The translations under genes were made by a program, and so were the position numbers. 64,000 nt of DNA from an uncultured delta proteobacterium (lineage in GTDB: Bacteria > Desulfobacterota > Binatia > UBA9968): assembly GCA_963847445.1 (NCBI GenBank), contig CAWJZV010000006.1, positions 64,001 to 128,000 on the forward strand, in the 5' to 3' direction. Positions 39,510-50,805 of the stretch are shown here, piece by piece; position 1 is the first letter of the stretch; each line of letters opens with the position of its first letter. The notes under the pieces were generated by a model that searched no databases, was not told where the DNA came from, and saw only the letters and a program-made list of their open reading frames with translations.

Positions 39510-40025
39510 TCAGTGCTTATGCTCGCCGCGGAGTTTCCACTCCAGGCCATCGATAATGCACTCGACGCTTGCCTGCAAAATATCGGCGGCGACGCCGACG
39601 GTACCCCAGCGTTGGTTGCCGTCGGCGAAGATCGCCAGCACCCGCACCAATGCACCGGCGCCGTTTTCCTCTTCATCGCTGGCAACGCCATGCAACAGGC
39701 GCACGTCGAACTCTTCCAGCGTTACCTCTGACAATTGCGGATAGTGTTTCTCAAGGATCTTACGCATGGCGTTATCGACGGCATGCACCGGACCACGGCC
39801 GCCGGCGGCGACCAGCTCTTCGTCGCCGAAGACTTCGATGAGCACGGTAGCCTCAGTGTGGCTGCGATGGCTTTCGATCGCCTGAAAGTCCACTTGATCG
39901 TCGATCTTGCAGCGCAAGACGCGAAACGGTATCAGATAGTCCTGACGGCGTCGGATCGCCATCAGTTCAAAAGACGCCCAGGCACCCTCAAGCCGAAAAA
40001 AGTCTTCCTTCAAGTCTCTTGCCAT
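39510..40025 (-). CDS. Stand-alone LeuA/CimA allosteric (regulatory) domain
   Basis: EGAWASFEL, EATV, GRGPVHAVDNA, VRVL, WGTVGV. Confidence 0.8.
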   Translation of the reverse strand: MARDLKEDFFRLEGAWASFELMAIRRRQDYLIPFRVLRCKIDDQVDFQAIESHRSHTEATVLIEVFGDEELVAAGGRGPVHAVDNAMRKILEKHYPQLSEVTLEEFDVRLLHGVASDEEENGAGALVRVLAIFADGNQRWGTVGVAADILQASVECIIDGLEWKLRGEHKH

Positions 40026-40174
40026 GATTTTCTCCCGTAACCCCATTTACGCCAATGACTGTGTGCGCCATTATATTCCTCAAGGTAAAAAGCGCTAGGC
40101 CGATCCCGCGCATCTCGTGAATCAAACGGATCGAGGGGAAAATCTTTGCAGTAACGCGCAAGTCTGGTATCCTT

Positions 40175-40756
40175 TTGGCGATGGCGATGGAAATCAAGGC
40201 ACCGGAGAATAGCTTGCAGGGGTATTTTCTCCAAGTGGTGCGTCAGAGCTTTTGGCAAGTGGGGATTTATGACGCGACGGTCGCCCAGTATGTCGCCGAC
40301 GTCTTGGCCGACTTTGCGCGGGCCGACAATCTCTACCAAATGCGCGGCCGGGGTGGACGCAAGATCGACAGCGTCGTCGAGATGCTCGCGCAAGCGCCGG
40401 CAATGCCGGCCGACGAGGCCGATGTCCTGCGCCAGCGCAGGTTACGAAAGTACGTGGGCGATTACGCGCTGTTCATGAGCGGGATTTTTCGCAAGTACAT
40501 CGAGGGCAAGGGTTCCCTGGATTATTATATTCAAGAGGGCAGCCGGTCCTATTGGACGGTTTCCGAACTCGACCTTGCTCTCTACCGCACCGGTTATTAT
40601 CTCTACCAGGAACTTTCGACCAAGTTCGAGTACTACTCCGGTGCGCTTGACTTCATGCGCAAGACTCACTTCGCGGCGGCGCCAGGCGAAGACCCGTTCG
40701 CGGGTTTCCTTCGACAAATAAGAGGCTGGATGAAAATCCACGTGAGCGAGAATTGA
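40175..40756 (+). CDS. Conserved hypothetical protein
   Basis: YVADVLADF...KYVGDYALFMSGIF...YYIQEGSRSY. Confidence 0.75.
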   Translation: MAMAMEIKAPENSLQGYFLQVVRQSFWQVGIYDATVAQYVADVLADFARADNLYQMRGRGGRKIDSVVEMLAQAPAMPADEADVLRQRRLRKYVGDYALFMSGIFRKYIEGKGSLDYYIQEGSRSYWTVSELDLALYRTGYYLYQELSTKFEYYSGALDFMRKTHFAAAPGEDPFAGFLRQIRGWMKIHVSEN

Positions 40757-40804
40757 GCGCTCTTAACCGGTAATCGCTCCGCGCCAGTCACGGAACTCGC
40801 CAAC

Positions 40805-41845
40805 TTGAAAATCCTCCGCACCACACTGCTTGCCACGGCGCTGGTTCTGCCGCTGGCAGCGGGGCTGTTCTTCTACAACATTTATTATTCCCGGCCTGCC
40901 AGCGGTGGCTATCCAATCGAGGTCAGAGTTGAGTCCGGCGATTCATTCGCTACCGTGACGCGCAAGTTGCGCGCGCAACAGGTGATTTCCAACGGTTTAT
41001 TTTTTTCCTTATGGGCTCGTTTTAACGGCGCGGAGAAAAAAATTCACCAGGGGCTGTATCGCTTCGAGAGCAGCGTCGCACCTTGGGAAGTCTTAGAACG
41101 GTTGGTGGCCGGCAAAGGGATCTTTCATAGCGTAACCATCCCCGAAGGACTGACGATCAAGGAGATCGCCGAGCTCTTAGACAAGATGCAAATCGCCAAC
41201 AAGGAGAAATTTCTCGCCGCCGCCGCCGATCCCAGTGTGCTCACCGCGCTCGGGCTTGGCGATAAAGGTCTCGAAGGATATTTATTCCCCAGCACCTATC
41301 ATTTTACGCCGGCAACGCCGGAACGGGACATTGTCATCGCAATGGCCGAGCAGTTTCGCAGATCGTCCCAACCACTATTGGTTAAGACCGCAACGACGAA
41401 GCAGTTCTCCACGCACGAGCTACTGACGTTGGCTTCGATCGTCGAGAAAGAGACTGGCGTGGAAGCGGAGCGCGGTCTGGTCGCCGCAGTGTTTCACAAC
41501 CGGCTCAAGCGGCAGATGCCGCTGCAGAGCGACCCGACGGTGATTTACGGCCTTAAAGATTACAACGGCAATTTGACCAAGAAAGACCTGCGCGACGACA
41601 ACCCTTATAACACCTATCGGATCGGCGCGTTGCCGCCGGGGCCGATTTGCAATCCGAGTCTGTCGTCGATTAAGGCGACTCTCAACCCCGCGGATGTTCC
41701 CTATATCTATTTCGTCTCGAAGAACGATGGCACCCATGCGTTTTCGGAAACCATCGAAGAGCATAATCAAGCGGTTAAAACCTACCAGCCGGTGCGCGAA
41801 CCGGCACGCGTGCAAGGCAAAAAGGCCTTAGCGACACATCGCTAA
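40805..41845 (+). CDS. mltG: Endolytic transglycosylase MltG
   Basis: TIPEG, LEGYLFP, ASIVEKE, LQSDPT, YNTY, LPPGPI. Confidence 0.95.
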   Translation: MKILRTTLLATALVLPLAAGLFFYNIYYSRPASGGYPIEVRVESGDSFATVTRKLRAQQVISNGLFFSLWARFNGAEKKIHQGLYRFESSVAPWEVLERLVAGKGIFHSVTIPEGLTIKEIAELLDKMQIANKEKFLAAAADPSVLTALGLGDKGLEGYLFPSTYHFTPATPERDIVIAMAEQFRRSSQPLLVKTATTKQFSTHELLTLASIVEKETGVEAERGLVAAVFHNRLKRQMPLQSDPTVIYGLKDYNGNLTKKDLRDDNPYNTYRIGALPPGPICNPSLSSIKATLNPADVPYIYFVSKNDGTHAFSETIEEHNQAVKTYQPVREPARVQGKKALATHR

Positions 41846-41905
41846 GCTCGCATTTCAGCTACCGCCTACGAGATGTTATAGTTCCCACGATGTCGTCTCC
41901 AAGCC

Positions 41906-43286
41906 ATGGCCCCGAGGGTGAGAGAAGCGGAAAATTTGGTCACTCGTCTGGCGGCGCGCTTGGGCAGTCATGTGCTGTGGGATTCATTGTTGATCTTCAT
42001 GCCGCCGGTGTTGGCGGCGCTCTTCATTGCGTTTTCCGTCTATCGCGCCGCCTGGATATCGCCGCTGGTTTTTTGGCTCATGGCAACTTGCCTCGCGGCG
42101 CTGGGCCTACTCTTGGTGATCTTACGCTATCGACCATTGATCCCATCGGTGCCGGCGGCGGCTGGGCTGATCGACCGCCAGGCGAGGTCCCAGGATCGCT
42201 TTCTTACCTTGGCGACGCTTGGAAGCTCACCACAACCGGCGAACTTGGTCGCGCGCCTGCGCCAAGAAACCTCGGGTTTCGGCGAACGCATCCAGTTTGG
42301 CCGGGATTTTCCCTATAAATTCAAGCAGTCGTGCTACCGCTCGTTGGCGGTGTCGACGGTCGCGGCGATTTTATTTCACCTGCTCATTCCCGTTGCCGAG
42401 TCGGTCATTGGGCCGGTGAGCGTGCAACAGAAACTGCGCCAAGTCGCCGAGAAAATGGCCGAGAAAGAATCTCTCAAGGCGCTGGCACAGGAGTTAAAGG
42501 CGCTGGCGGCTAAGCTCGACGACCCGAAAGCGACGCCGGAGGAAAAACAAGCGGCGGCCGAGGAGCTTGAGAAAAAAATCGAGAAACAAAAAAAGAAAGA
42601 AGAAGAAAAAGAAAACCGCGATCTGCTCAGTCAAGCGGCGAACTCGCTCAAGGGCACCGAGCAGCAGCAATCGGCCAGCGGTGAAGAACAGAAGAAAGAT
42701 CAAGATAAGGGCGGCGGCGGCATTCAGAGCAATGCGCCGCAGGACGGCAAAGGGGAAGGCAAGAAAAGCGATGGCAGCGGTTCGGATAGCAAGGGCGAAC
42801 AGAGCGCGCAGATGAGCAATGACATGAAGCAGGGCAGTGCCGCGCAGGGCAATCCGAAGGAAAAGGGCGACGAGAAAAACCAACAGTCACCAAGCGACGC
42901 CAAGGGTGACCAGCGCGACCCCAATCAGCCGGGCAAAGAACAGAACAACGAAAAGACCGGTAAAAACCAAGGAGCTGCGAAAGAAGGAGCGGGGAAAAAT
43001 CAGGTCGTCGGAAGAGCCGCCCCAAGGGGCGCCGCCGGCGGAGCGGTTTTATAAAGCCGGCGAGGGCAAGGAAGGCATCAAAGGGGCGGGTTATGTCACG
43101 GTACAGTTGCCGGAGGACGTGGTGGCGGACAGCAAAGCCGAGGGCAAACCGACCAAGGCGGGTGGCGCTGGCAATCGGGCGCGACCACAATTGCCGGTGA
43201 GTAACGCACCATTGCCTGCGCACGTACCCAACGCGCCCACGGAAAAACAGCAGATGCCAATCGAATATCGCGGCATCATTCGTTGA
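41906..43286 (+). CDS. Membrane protein with long Q/K/G/E-rich tail, MoxR-associated (indel near 43000)
   Basis: TM helices, coiled coil, low-complexity tail ending MPIEYRGIIR in the second frame. Confidence 0.7.
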
Positions 43287-43298
43287 TGGAAAGGGAGT

Positions 43299-44285
<987 letters not shown>

Positions 44286-44520
44286 TCCGAACTTCGGAAT
44301 TGAGCGTTAACGCGCGCCAACCACAAGTATTCTGCAGTGAAGCCATGGGTCTCTACCGCTAAGCAGTGATTAAACCTGGTGCGTCCCGTCAGCTCGGTTG
44401 GAAAGCGATCGAGTGGCGTGGAGGGAATAAGAAGCTGCGATCGTATCGCTGGGTGGCGTCACTGCTCCGGACTTGCCACTTGCCGAGTGGACTGCCGTAT
44501 TTCAATTGCGGATTTCAGGA

Positions 44521-45417
44521 TTATTTCATCTTGTTCTTTATCGCTGGGATCGATTTCAAGTAATCGGCGATCGCCAGGGCGTCCTCTTTGGTCATGTCTT
44601 TGTAGCCGTGAGTCGTGCCCCGAATCACCTCTTCCATGAGACCCTGAACGTTATCGTAGTCGGGTTTAGTTCCCGTTAGCAACAATTCGGCGATATCTTC
44701 GCGCTTCCAGTCGCCGATGCCGGTTTCTTTGTCCGGCGTGATGTTAGGAACCAGTTCGCCGATCGGGCCATCTTTGGGCGAGCCTGCCATGTAGAGCGAT
44801 TGGTTGGGCACGCCGAAGGAGTTTCGCGGTGTGTGGCAATCGCCGCAGATGGCGACATGATTCGTCAGATATTTTCCCCGCTGGATGCCGCTTTTGGGGG
44901 CCTGGGCCGGTGATTCGTAAAAAGTACCAAATGCTTTGAGCCATAACTCGGTGACGACGCTGCGCATAAAGGGTGTAGAGGTCTTCAACTCGGGCGTCGC
45001 TTTTTTGACTGGCTTGAGCGACCTGAGATAGGCCACCAGCGCTTTCAAATCCTCCTGCGCCATGCCGGAGTATAGGGTGTAAGGCATGAGCGGCAGCTGT
45101 CGGCTGCCGTCTTTGCGCAGGCCCTTGATGATTGCATCGATGATCTGTTGATCGGTCCAATTACCCAGACCGGTGTCGTTGTCCGAGGTGAGATTGGTGC
45201 TGTAGACTGTCCCCAGCGGGATCTGAAACGGGCGCGCGCCGGCGTTATGGACGCCCTTGGGCTCGGTATGGCAAGCGCAACCGCCGGAGACGGCGAAGAT
45301 ATATTGACCGCGGGCGACCAATTCTTTTTGAGTCCCCTGGGCGTAAGCCAACGGCGGGACGCATAGGAAGAATAGCCAAAGCAACAGCAGGATTTCTTTG
45401 CTTCTTATCGCCGGCAT
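44521..45417 (-). CDS. Periplasmic diheme cytochrome c
   Basis: Signal peptide; heme motifs CACH (atypical, GGCACH) and CGDCH; NLTSD/NITPD..TGxG.W repeats. Confidence 0.85.
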   Translation of the reverse strand: MPAIRSKEILLLLWLFFLCVPPLAYAQGTQKELVARGQYIFAVSGGCACHTEPKGVHNAGARPFQIPLGTVYSTNLTSDNDTGLGNWTDQQIIDAIIKGLRKDGSRQLPLMPYTLYSGMAQEDLKALVAYLRSLKPVKKATPELKTSTPFMRSVVTELWLKAFGTFYESPAQAPKSGIQRGKYLTNHVAICGDCHTPRNSFGVPNQSLYMAGSPKDGPIGELVPNITPDKETGIGDWKREDIAELLLTGTKPDYDNVQGLMEEVIRGTTHGYKDMTKEDALAIADYLKSIPAIKNKMK

Positions 45418-45426
45418 GAAGTCTCC

Positions 45427-46356
45427 TTAGGGGTTGAGTTGCGCGCGAATTCTTTGATCTAAAAACTTGAGCGTGGCATAAAATACTTGATTGATCGGCA
45501 CTGGGGTTCCGGCTCGTCGCAGTATTTGCACCACTATGCCATTGAAGGCTTGGTATTCAAGCGGTTTGCCGGTTTCCAGATCTTGCAGCATGGAGGGTTT
45601 GAATGCGCCGAGGGTGCGCGAAAACGTCATGATCTCATCGAACTGTTCGCGCCGCAGATCGATGTTGCGCGTGCGCGCGGCCGTTTGCACCTCGGCCATG
45701 CAGTCGAGCGCAAGCGCAGTCAAAGACTCCGACTCGACAATCTGTTTGACATCGGCGTGGGCCAAACAGCTGATGGCGCAAAACGGTGCGTTCCACAGCA
45801 GTTTGGTCCATTGAATTTTCTGAATATCAGCGCTGATCTCACAGGGGATGCCGGCAGCGCTGAGAATTTCCCGGAGCAATTTAGACGGTGCGCTGGCGCC
45901 GCCGTCGCTCTGTCCGAAGATAATTCGGCCACCGTTGGCATGGGTGATAACTCCAGGAGAGGTCAATTGCGCGCCGACATAGACAACCGCCGGTAAGACT
46001 TGCTCTGGATGATAGACGCGCGCGAGTTTTTCCGGGTTATCGATGCCGTTTTGCAGCGAAAGGATATGCGTCCGGTCGCTAACCAGCGGCCGGATTTGTT
46101 CGGCGGCGGTTTCGCTGTCGTAGGATTTGACGCAAAACAGAATCAGATCGACTTTGCCAATCGTTGCGATATCGTCGGTGAACTGTGCGTTGTCGATCTG
46201 TAAATCGTCATTGGCGCTCGTGACCCGGAGACCGCTTGCCCGGAGTGCCTGCAAGTGCCGGCCACGGGCGATGAAGGCTACCTCATGGCCTGCGGCGGCG
46301 AGTTTCGCGCCGAAATAACCGCCGACAGCACCTGTGCCCATGACAGCGATACGCAT
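45427..46356 (-). CDS. panE: 2-dehydropantoate 2-reductase
   Basis: GTGAVG, VKSY, QNG, WTKL.WN, SMLQD. Confidence 0.88.
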   Translation of the reverse strand: MRIAVMGTGAVGGYFGAKLAAAGHEVAFIARGRHLQALRASGLRVTSANDDLQIDNAQFTDDIATIGKVDLILFCVKSYDSETAAEQIRPLVSDRTHILSLQNGIDNPEKLARVYHPEQVLPAVVYVGAQLTSPGVITHANGGRIIFGQSDGGASAPSKLLREILSAAGIPCEISADIQKIQWTKLLWNAPFCAISCLAHADVKQIVESESLTALALDCMAEVQTAARTRNIDLRREQFDEIMTFSRTLGAFKPSMLQDLETGKPLEYQAFNGIVVQILRRAGTPVPINQVFYATLKFLDQRIRAQLNP

Positions 46357-46379
46357 GGTGATAATCCTAATTTGGCGCG

Positions 46380-46408
46380 ACTGTAGGCTCGACCTGGGAG
46401 CTTGTCAA
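46380..46408 (-). promoter_or_regulatory. sigma70 promoter of panE
   Basis: TTGACA-N17-TACAGT on the minus strand. Confidence 0.6.
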
Positions 46409-46440
46409 TTTACCCCGAAAAGCGCAGTTACAAGTTCACT

Positions 46441-46677
46441 GTGGGTGGAGGGCAAGCTCCTCCACGGCGACTCTACCTCTGAGCACTAATTTACCATAGT
46501 GCGTCGAGCCAGCTCTGTGGGAAAGGGATGGGTTGGAGAGTGGTGGAGGGTACCGGACTTTGCGGCCGCCGTCGGGTGGCTTCACCGTTCGGGGGCTCAC
46601 CCCTCGCCGCAGGGACTGCGATTTCCGGACTGAAGAGTTCGGAGTTCGGTTCCGTGCCCAAGTCTCGTGGGCAGTTT
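46441..46677 (+). ncRNA. Candidate structured RNA of unknown class
   Basis: Intergenic; at least seven stems, G-U pairs favouring the + strand; terminal hairpin TGCCCA/TGGGCA followed by GTTT. Confidence 0.4.
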
Positions 46678-46711
46678 AAGCTTGCCAGGCGCTATGTTAT
46701 AGAAATCGGTC

Positions 46712-46912
46712 ATGGAAAAGATCGATCCCCAGCCGGATCATTTAGGCCTTGAGCGCTATCGACCGGGCGCCCAAGTTACTTTTAAAGGCAAGCTCTATTC
46801 AATTCAGCGCCGCACTACACTCGCTTCGGGCGAAGCCGCCGTCGTGTTGCAAAGCGCCAGCGAGCAGTTCGTCGTCAGCGCCACTCAGTTTCTTGCCGCG
46901 GTCAGTGCTTAA
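46712..46912 (+). CDS. Small hypothetical protein
   Basis: ATG follows a TG-TATAGA -10-like element; plausible beta-rich fold. Confidence 0.55.
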   Translation: MEKIDPQPDHLGLERYRPGAQVTFKGKLYSIQRRTTLASGEAAVVLQSASEQFVVSATQFLAAVSA

Positions 46913-46944
46913 CTTCGCCAATATTTATCGAACAGGAGTTCATC

Positions 46945-47937
46945 ATGGGCAAAATTCGTTTGACTTTATCTTGCTGGGACTATGATCGCACCCGTGCTTT
47001 GCAAGACGGGCGCGTCGAGGTCGAGGGCGTCGATCTGACCTACTTGCCGTTGCGCGTGGAAGAGACGTTTTGGCGCATGTTACGCTACGGCGAATTCGAT
47101 GTCGCGGAGATGTCCACCGGTTCTTTCTTAATGTCGCGCGACAAGGGCGCGCCCAGACTGATCGGTATCCCAGTTTTCCCGTCGAAGACTTTTCGCCACT
47201 CATGCATTTACATCAACACCGACTCGGGCATCAAAAAACCGGCGGACATGGCGGGTAAGCGCGTCGGCGTTCCCGAATATCAGATCACCATGGCGACCTG
47301 GGCGCGCGGCATCTTGCAGCATGAATACGGCGTGTTGCCGGAAAAGATGCAATGGTTCACCGGCGGCGAGGAGACTCCTGGGCGCCAGGACAAGGTGCAG
47401 CATAAGCTACCGGCCAACATCGATATTCAACCTATCCCCGGCGACAAGACGCTGTCCGGCATGCTCGAACGGGGCGAGATCGACGCGATGATTTCGGCGC
47501 ATATGCCATCGCCGTTTGTGCGGCGTCATCCGAAAGTGCAGCGGCTGATCCCGAACTTCCGCGAAGTCGAGGCTGACTATTTCAAGCGCACGAAGATTTT
47601 TCCAATCATGCACACCATCGTCATCCGCGAAGAGTTTTACGAACAGCATCCATGGATCGCCCAGAGCTTATGCAAAGCCTTCAACGAATCTAAAAGGATC
47701 TGCCAGGAAGCGATGTACGAGTTTTCTGCCCTAAAATATATGATGGCTTGGTCCATCGACGAGATGGAAAAGGAGCGGGAAGCTCTTGGGCCCGATCCCT
47801 GGGCCTATGGTCTGGAAGCCAATCGCCATATTCTCGAAACTTTAGTGCAGTACACCCACGAGCAAGGTTTGATTAGTAAAAAGCTCGATGTCGATGCGCT
47901 GTTTGCCAAGAGCACGCTAGAGGACTTCAAGATCTAG
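46945..47937 (+). CDS. 4,5-dihydroxyphthalate decarboxylase-like / ABC substrate-binding protein
   Basis: YDRTRAL, FDVAEMS, FRHS, GVPEYQ, FPIMH, DPWAYG. Confidence 0.85.
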   Translation: MGKIRLTLSCWDYDRTRALQDGRVEVEGVDLTYLPLRVEETFWRMLRYGEFDVAEMSTGSFLMSRDKGAPRLIGIPVFPSKTFRHSCIYINTDSGIKKPADMAGKRVGVPEYQITMATWARGILQHEYGVLPEKMQWFTGGEETPGRQDKVQHKLPANIDIQPIPGDKTLSGMLERGEIDAMISAHMPSPFVRRHPKVQRLIPNFREVEADYFKRTKIFPIMHTIVIREEFYEQHPWIAQSLCKAFNESKRICQEAMYEFSALKYMMAWSIDEMEKEREALGPDPWAYGLEANRHILETLVQYTHEQGLISKKLDVDALFAKSTLEDFKI

Positions 47938-47973
47938 GCTTGTCTCTGCGTATCCATCAGTTAGACTAAAAGT

Positions 47974-48504
47974 ATGGCCGACGAAAAACCTCCCGCATTC
48001 GAAGAAACCAAATGGTGGATCGACCGCCGGGCGGTCAAGGAGCGCGACAAGTCCGCGGTGCCACCGGTCAGAGGCATCATCGAGAAATGGGCCGTCGATC
48101 TCTTAGAAAACTACAATCAGGACGAGGCGGCGAAGAATCTCGTCGATATCAACCGGAAAATTTTCAAGGAGCTCAAGGTCGCGCCTGGCCAGTGGGGCTA
48201 CTACTCCCTCGATATCGGCAAGTATCCGCCGGATAAACTGGAGAAGATCAAAGCGGCGCTGCCGCTGCCGCCGGGGGCGCGCGGCATCGTCATCGATGCC
48301 GGCTATTCGGTGCGCGTCATGATCACCGGCGAGCCGGTGGGCGAACGCTACGTCGACATCAATTTTGTCGACGCGCCGTCACTCGATTATTGGGTCAAAG
48401 CGCAGTTGATTGAAGAACGCGTGTTTGCCAACGTCGGCGAAGCGCTCAAGCGCATCCGTCCCGATTTGCTGAGCTATATGACTCCATCGGAAGATTCCGT
48501 GTGA
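47974..48504 (+). CDS. Hypothetical protein
   Basis: Long ORF with host-like codon usage. Confidence 0.7.
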   Translation: MADEKPPAFEETKWWIDRRAVKERDKSAVPPVRGIIEKWAVDLLENYNQDEAAKNLVDINRKIFKELKVAPGQWGYYSLDIGKYPPDKLEKIKAALPLPPGARGIVIDAGYSVRVMITGEPVGERYVDINFVDAPSLDYWVKAQLIEERVFANVGEALKRIRPDLLSYMTPSEDSV

Positions 48505-48636
48505 CGAGCTGCCATACAGCGAGACCGCGATTGGATAGTTGCCGATCTGCCAAAACGAGGATCGAGGATACATCCTACTCCCGCCCTTGGCGAAATTTCA
48601 AATACAGTTTTTTGCGTACGTTTGCCCGACCGCTTG

Positions 48637-48846
48637 CTAGTGGCAGCCGCAGGTTTGTGGCGTGCCGGTGCAGGCGCCGCCATTTGGCGCGGTGTCGCCG
48701 GTGGCTGCCGGAGCGCTAAAGACTGACAGTTGCTTGTCGACCTTCTTGCTGTTGCATTTGGGACAGCTGATTTTTTCCCGTGTCGATAAGACGATGGTCT
48801 CAAAGTGCTGCTCGCAGCTGCGGCAGTTGTATTCGAAGATCGGCAT
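48637..48846 (-). CDS. FmdB family zinc-ribbon protein
   Basis: MPIFEYNCRSC...CPKC. Confidence 0.88.
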   Translation of the reverse strand: MPIFEYNCRSCEQHFETIVLSTREKISCPKCNSKKVDKQLSVFSAPAATGDTAPNGGACTGTPQTCGCH

Positions 48847-48870
48847 TTGTCCTCGCTTCGCTCGGAATGT

Positions 48871-48944
48871 CAAATTACAGATTGCTTATTGCAAATTACC
48901 GATCCCAATTCTGGAATCTGAAATTTGGAATCTGAGATTTGCGA
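48871..48944. repeat. Two inverted arrays of degenerate heptamers
   Basis: CAAATTA CAGATTG CTTATTG CAAATTA CCGATCC against TCTGGAA TCTGAAA TTTGGAA TCTGAGA TTTGCGA. Confidence 0.65.
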
Positions 48945-48954
48945 TCCCGCAGGG

Positions 48955-50133
48955 CTAGGCATGTTTGGCCTTGGCCTTGGGGTTTTTGGCGTTGACGCGC
49001 AGGGGACTTTCCCTGGGGATCGGCACCAATGACGTCACTTCCAAACCGTAGCCACGCAGACCGACCAGATGTTTCTTGTTGTTGGTCAGTAGCCGCATCT
49101 TGCGCACGCCCAAGTCGCGCAGAATTTGCGCGCCTATGCCGTATTCCTTGAAATCCGCCTGATAGACGAACGACGCATTCATGCCTTTTTGCTGCTTACC
49201 TTCGACTTTCGGATAGGCGACCATAGCCGGGTGATGTGCCTTTTGTTTAGGCTGCAAATACAAGATCACGCCTTTGCCCTCTTTGGCGATCAACTCCATG
49301 GAACGCTGAATCACCGCGCCGGTGTTGAGCAGCTCGAAGCCGAAAACATCGCCGGGTATATACTTGGTATGCACCCGCACCAAGGTTTCTTCATTGGGCG
49401 AAATCTGTCCCTTGATCAACGCCAGGTGCTCGCTTTCGTCGACATGGGTGTTGTAGACAATGGCTTGAAACTCGCCGCCGATGCGGGTCGGCAGCGGCGC
49501 CGATGCGGCTTTGTAGACCAGCGAGTCGTAGTTCAAACGGTGTTGGATCAGATCGGCGTTGGTGACGACTTTGAGCTTGTGCTTTTTGGCGAAGCGCATG
49601 AGGTCGGGCTGGCGTGCCATGGTGCCGTCGTTCTTCATGATCTCGCAAATCACGCCCGCGGGCTTGAGGCCGGCAAGGCGGGCGAGGTCGACCGAGCCTT
49701 CGGTCTGGCCCGCGCGCACGAGCACGCCGCCGTTGCGCGCGCGCAACGGAAAGATATGACCTGGCGTCGCGAGGTCTTGGGGCTTAGCGTCGTCGGCGAT
49801 TGAATCGAGAATCGTCTTGGCGCGGTCGGCGGCAGAAATCCCGGTAGTGATACCCTGGGCCGAGTCGATGGAAACGGTGAAGGCGGTGCCGAACGGCGAG
49901 GTATTGTCCGACACCATCATGGCCAGCCCCAAATGCCGGACCCGTTCTTCAGTCAAGGTTAGGCAGATCAAACCACGTCCATAGGTCGCCATGAAGTTGA
50001 CTGCCTCGGGCGTGACCTTTTCAGCGGCCATGCACAGGTCCCCTTCGTTCTCACGATCTTTGTCATCGGTGAGGATGACCATACGGCCGCGGCGGATCTC
50101 GTCAATCGCTTCTTCGATGGTCGCTAGTGGCAT
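48955..50133 (-). CDS. ribB: DHBP synthase fused to a degenerate GTP cyclohydrolase II domain (RibBX-like)
   Basis: [31 protein letters not shown]; the GCH II domain lacks the Zn-binding cysteines. Confidence 0.9.
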   Translation of the reverse strand: MPLATIEEAIDEIRRGRMVILTDDKDRENEGDLCMAAEKVTPEAVNFMATYGRGLICLTLTEERVRHLGLAMMVSDNTSPFGTAFTVSIDSAQGITTGISAADRAKTILDSIADDAKPQDLATPGHIFPLRARNGGVLVRAGQTEGSVDLARLAGLKPAGVICEIMKNDGTMARQPDLMRFAKKHKLKVVTNADLIQHRLNYDSLVYKAASAPLPTRIGGEFQAIVYNTHVDESEHLALIKGQISPNEETLVRVHTKYIPGDVFGFELLNTGAVIQRSMELIAKEGKGVILYLQPKQKAHHPAMVAYPKVEGKQQKGMNASFVYQADFKEYGIGAQILRDLGVRKMRLLTNNKKHLVGLRGYGLEVTSLVPIPRESPLRVNAKNPKAKAKHA

Positions 50134-50344
50134 GGCCGATTAATTTATCACCTTACGTGGTGGGGTCAACCGGTGGGGCGGCCCGGCAGAGATCGAGGAT
50201 TGCCACAGAGATTCGGAGATCGTGGCATGAGCGGATTAACGATTATTAGTGCCGTTACGCCGCTAATATCGCATGGTGCACTTCGTGCAGACAAGTCGAT
50301 GCTATCTTAGATTGGTTCTATCAGTTTTAGCGCGGTAAATACTC

Positions 50345-50713
50345 ATGAAAGCGATTCTTTTGGTGGGAATAGGACGGCTTTATCGAATCGGTGCTGCGTT
50401 ACCTGCTCTTTGGCTGGGTACCGGTTTTGGACAAGCCCTGGTTTCCGGCCGGAATGTTCGCGGTTAGTGTTATCGGCTGCTTGGTCATCGGATTACTCGG
50501 TCGCGGAACAGCGGCCAATTTTCGCGGCCGAATTCAAGTTATATTTATTCATCGGCATTCTCGGCGGCTTTACCACATTTTCCACTTTCTCTGCTGATGA
50601 GACTCTATCTCTGGTCCATAATGGTCATGACGCTGCCGCGTTTATGAACATCGCGCTGCAGGTCATGGTTGCGCTATTGGCCGTTTGGCTGGTCTCCTGG
50701 CGCGATTGCCTGA
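50345..50713 (+). pseudogene. crcB: Fluoride channel Fluc/CrcB with several frameshifts
   Basis: MKAILLVG..., LRY, FP.G...IGCLVIG and GILGGFTTFSTF spread over different frames. Confidence 0.75.
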
Positions 50714-50805
50714 CCTTTGACGGCCCGGATTCCGCCCAAGAATTTCTTAAAATTTTGGAACTTTGGTAAGTCTGGGACGTCTAACCTACTCAGGGGAGGT
50801 GTTTC

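Noticed and set aside
42540-43000. Purine-rich low-complexity tract as a DNA repeat element
   Set aside because: Explained by the K/E/Q/G-rich protein tail
46535-46562. SAM-I-like start (GAGAGTGGTGGAGGG) on +, or tRNA-Ala/tmRNA-like end (CTCCACCA) and RNase P-like AAAGTCCGG on -
   Set aside because: The remaining conserved elements (ATC and GCAACC for SAM-I; TTCRA T-loop; RNase P P4 partner) are missing
46630-46660. CTGAAGAG as a hammerhead ribozyme core
   Set aside because: No GAAA after a stem II and no consistent stem III/NUH site
50140-50344. Fluoride or FMN riboswitch between ribB and crcB
   Set aside because: No GGCGATGG...CGCC or AGGGCGGGGTGAAA-TTCCC signature found on either strand
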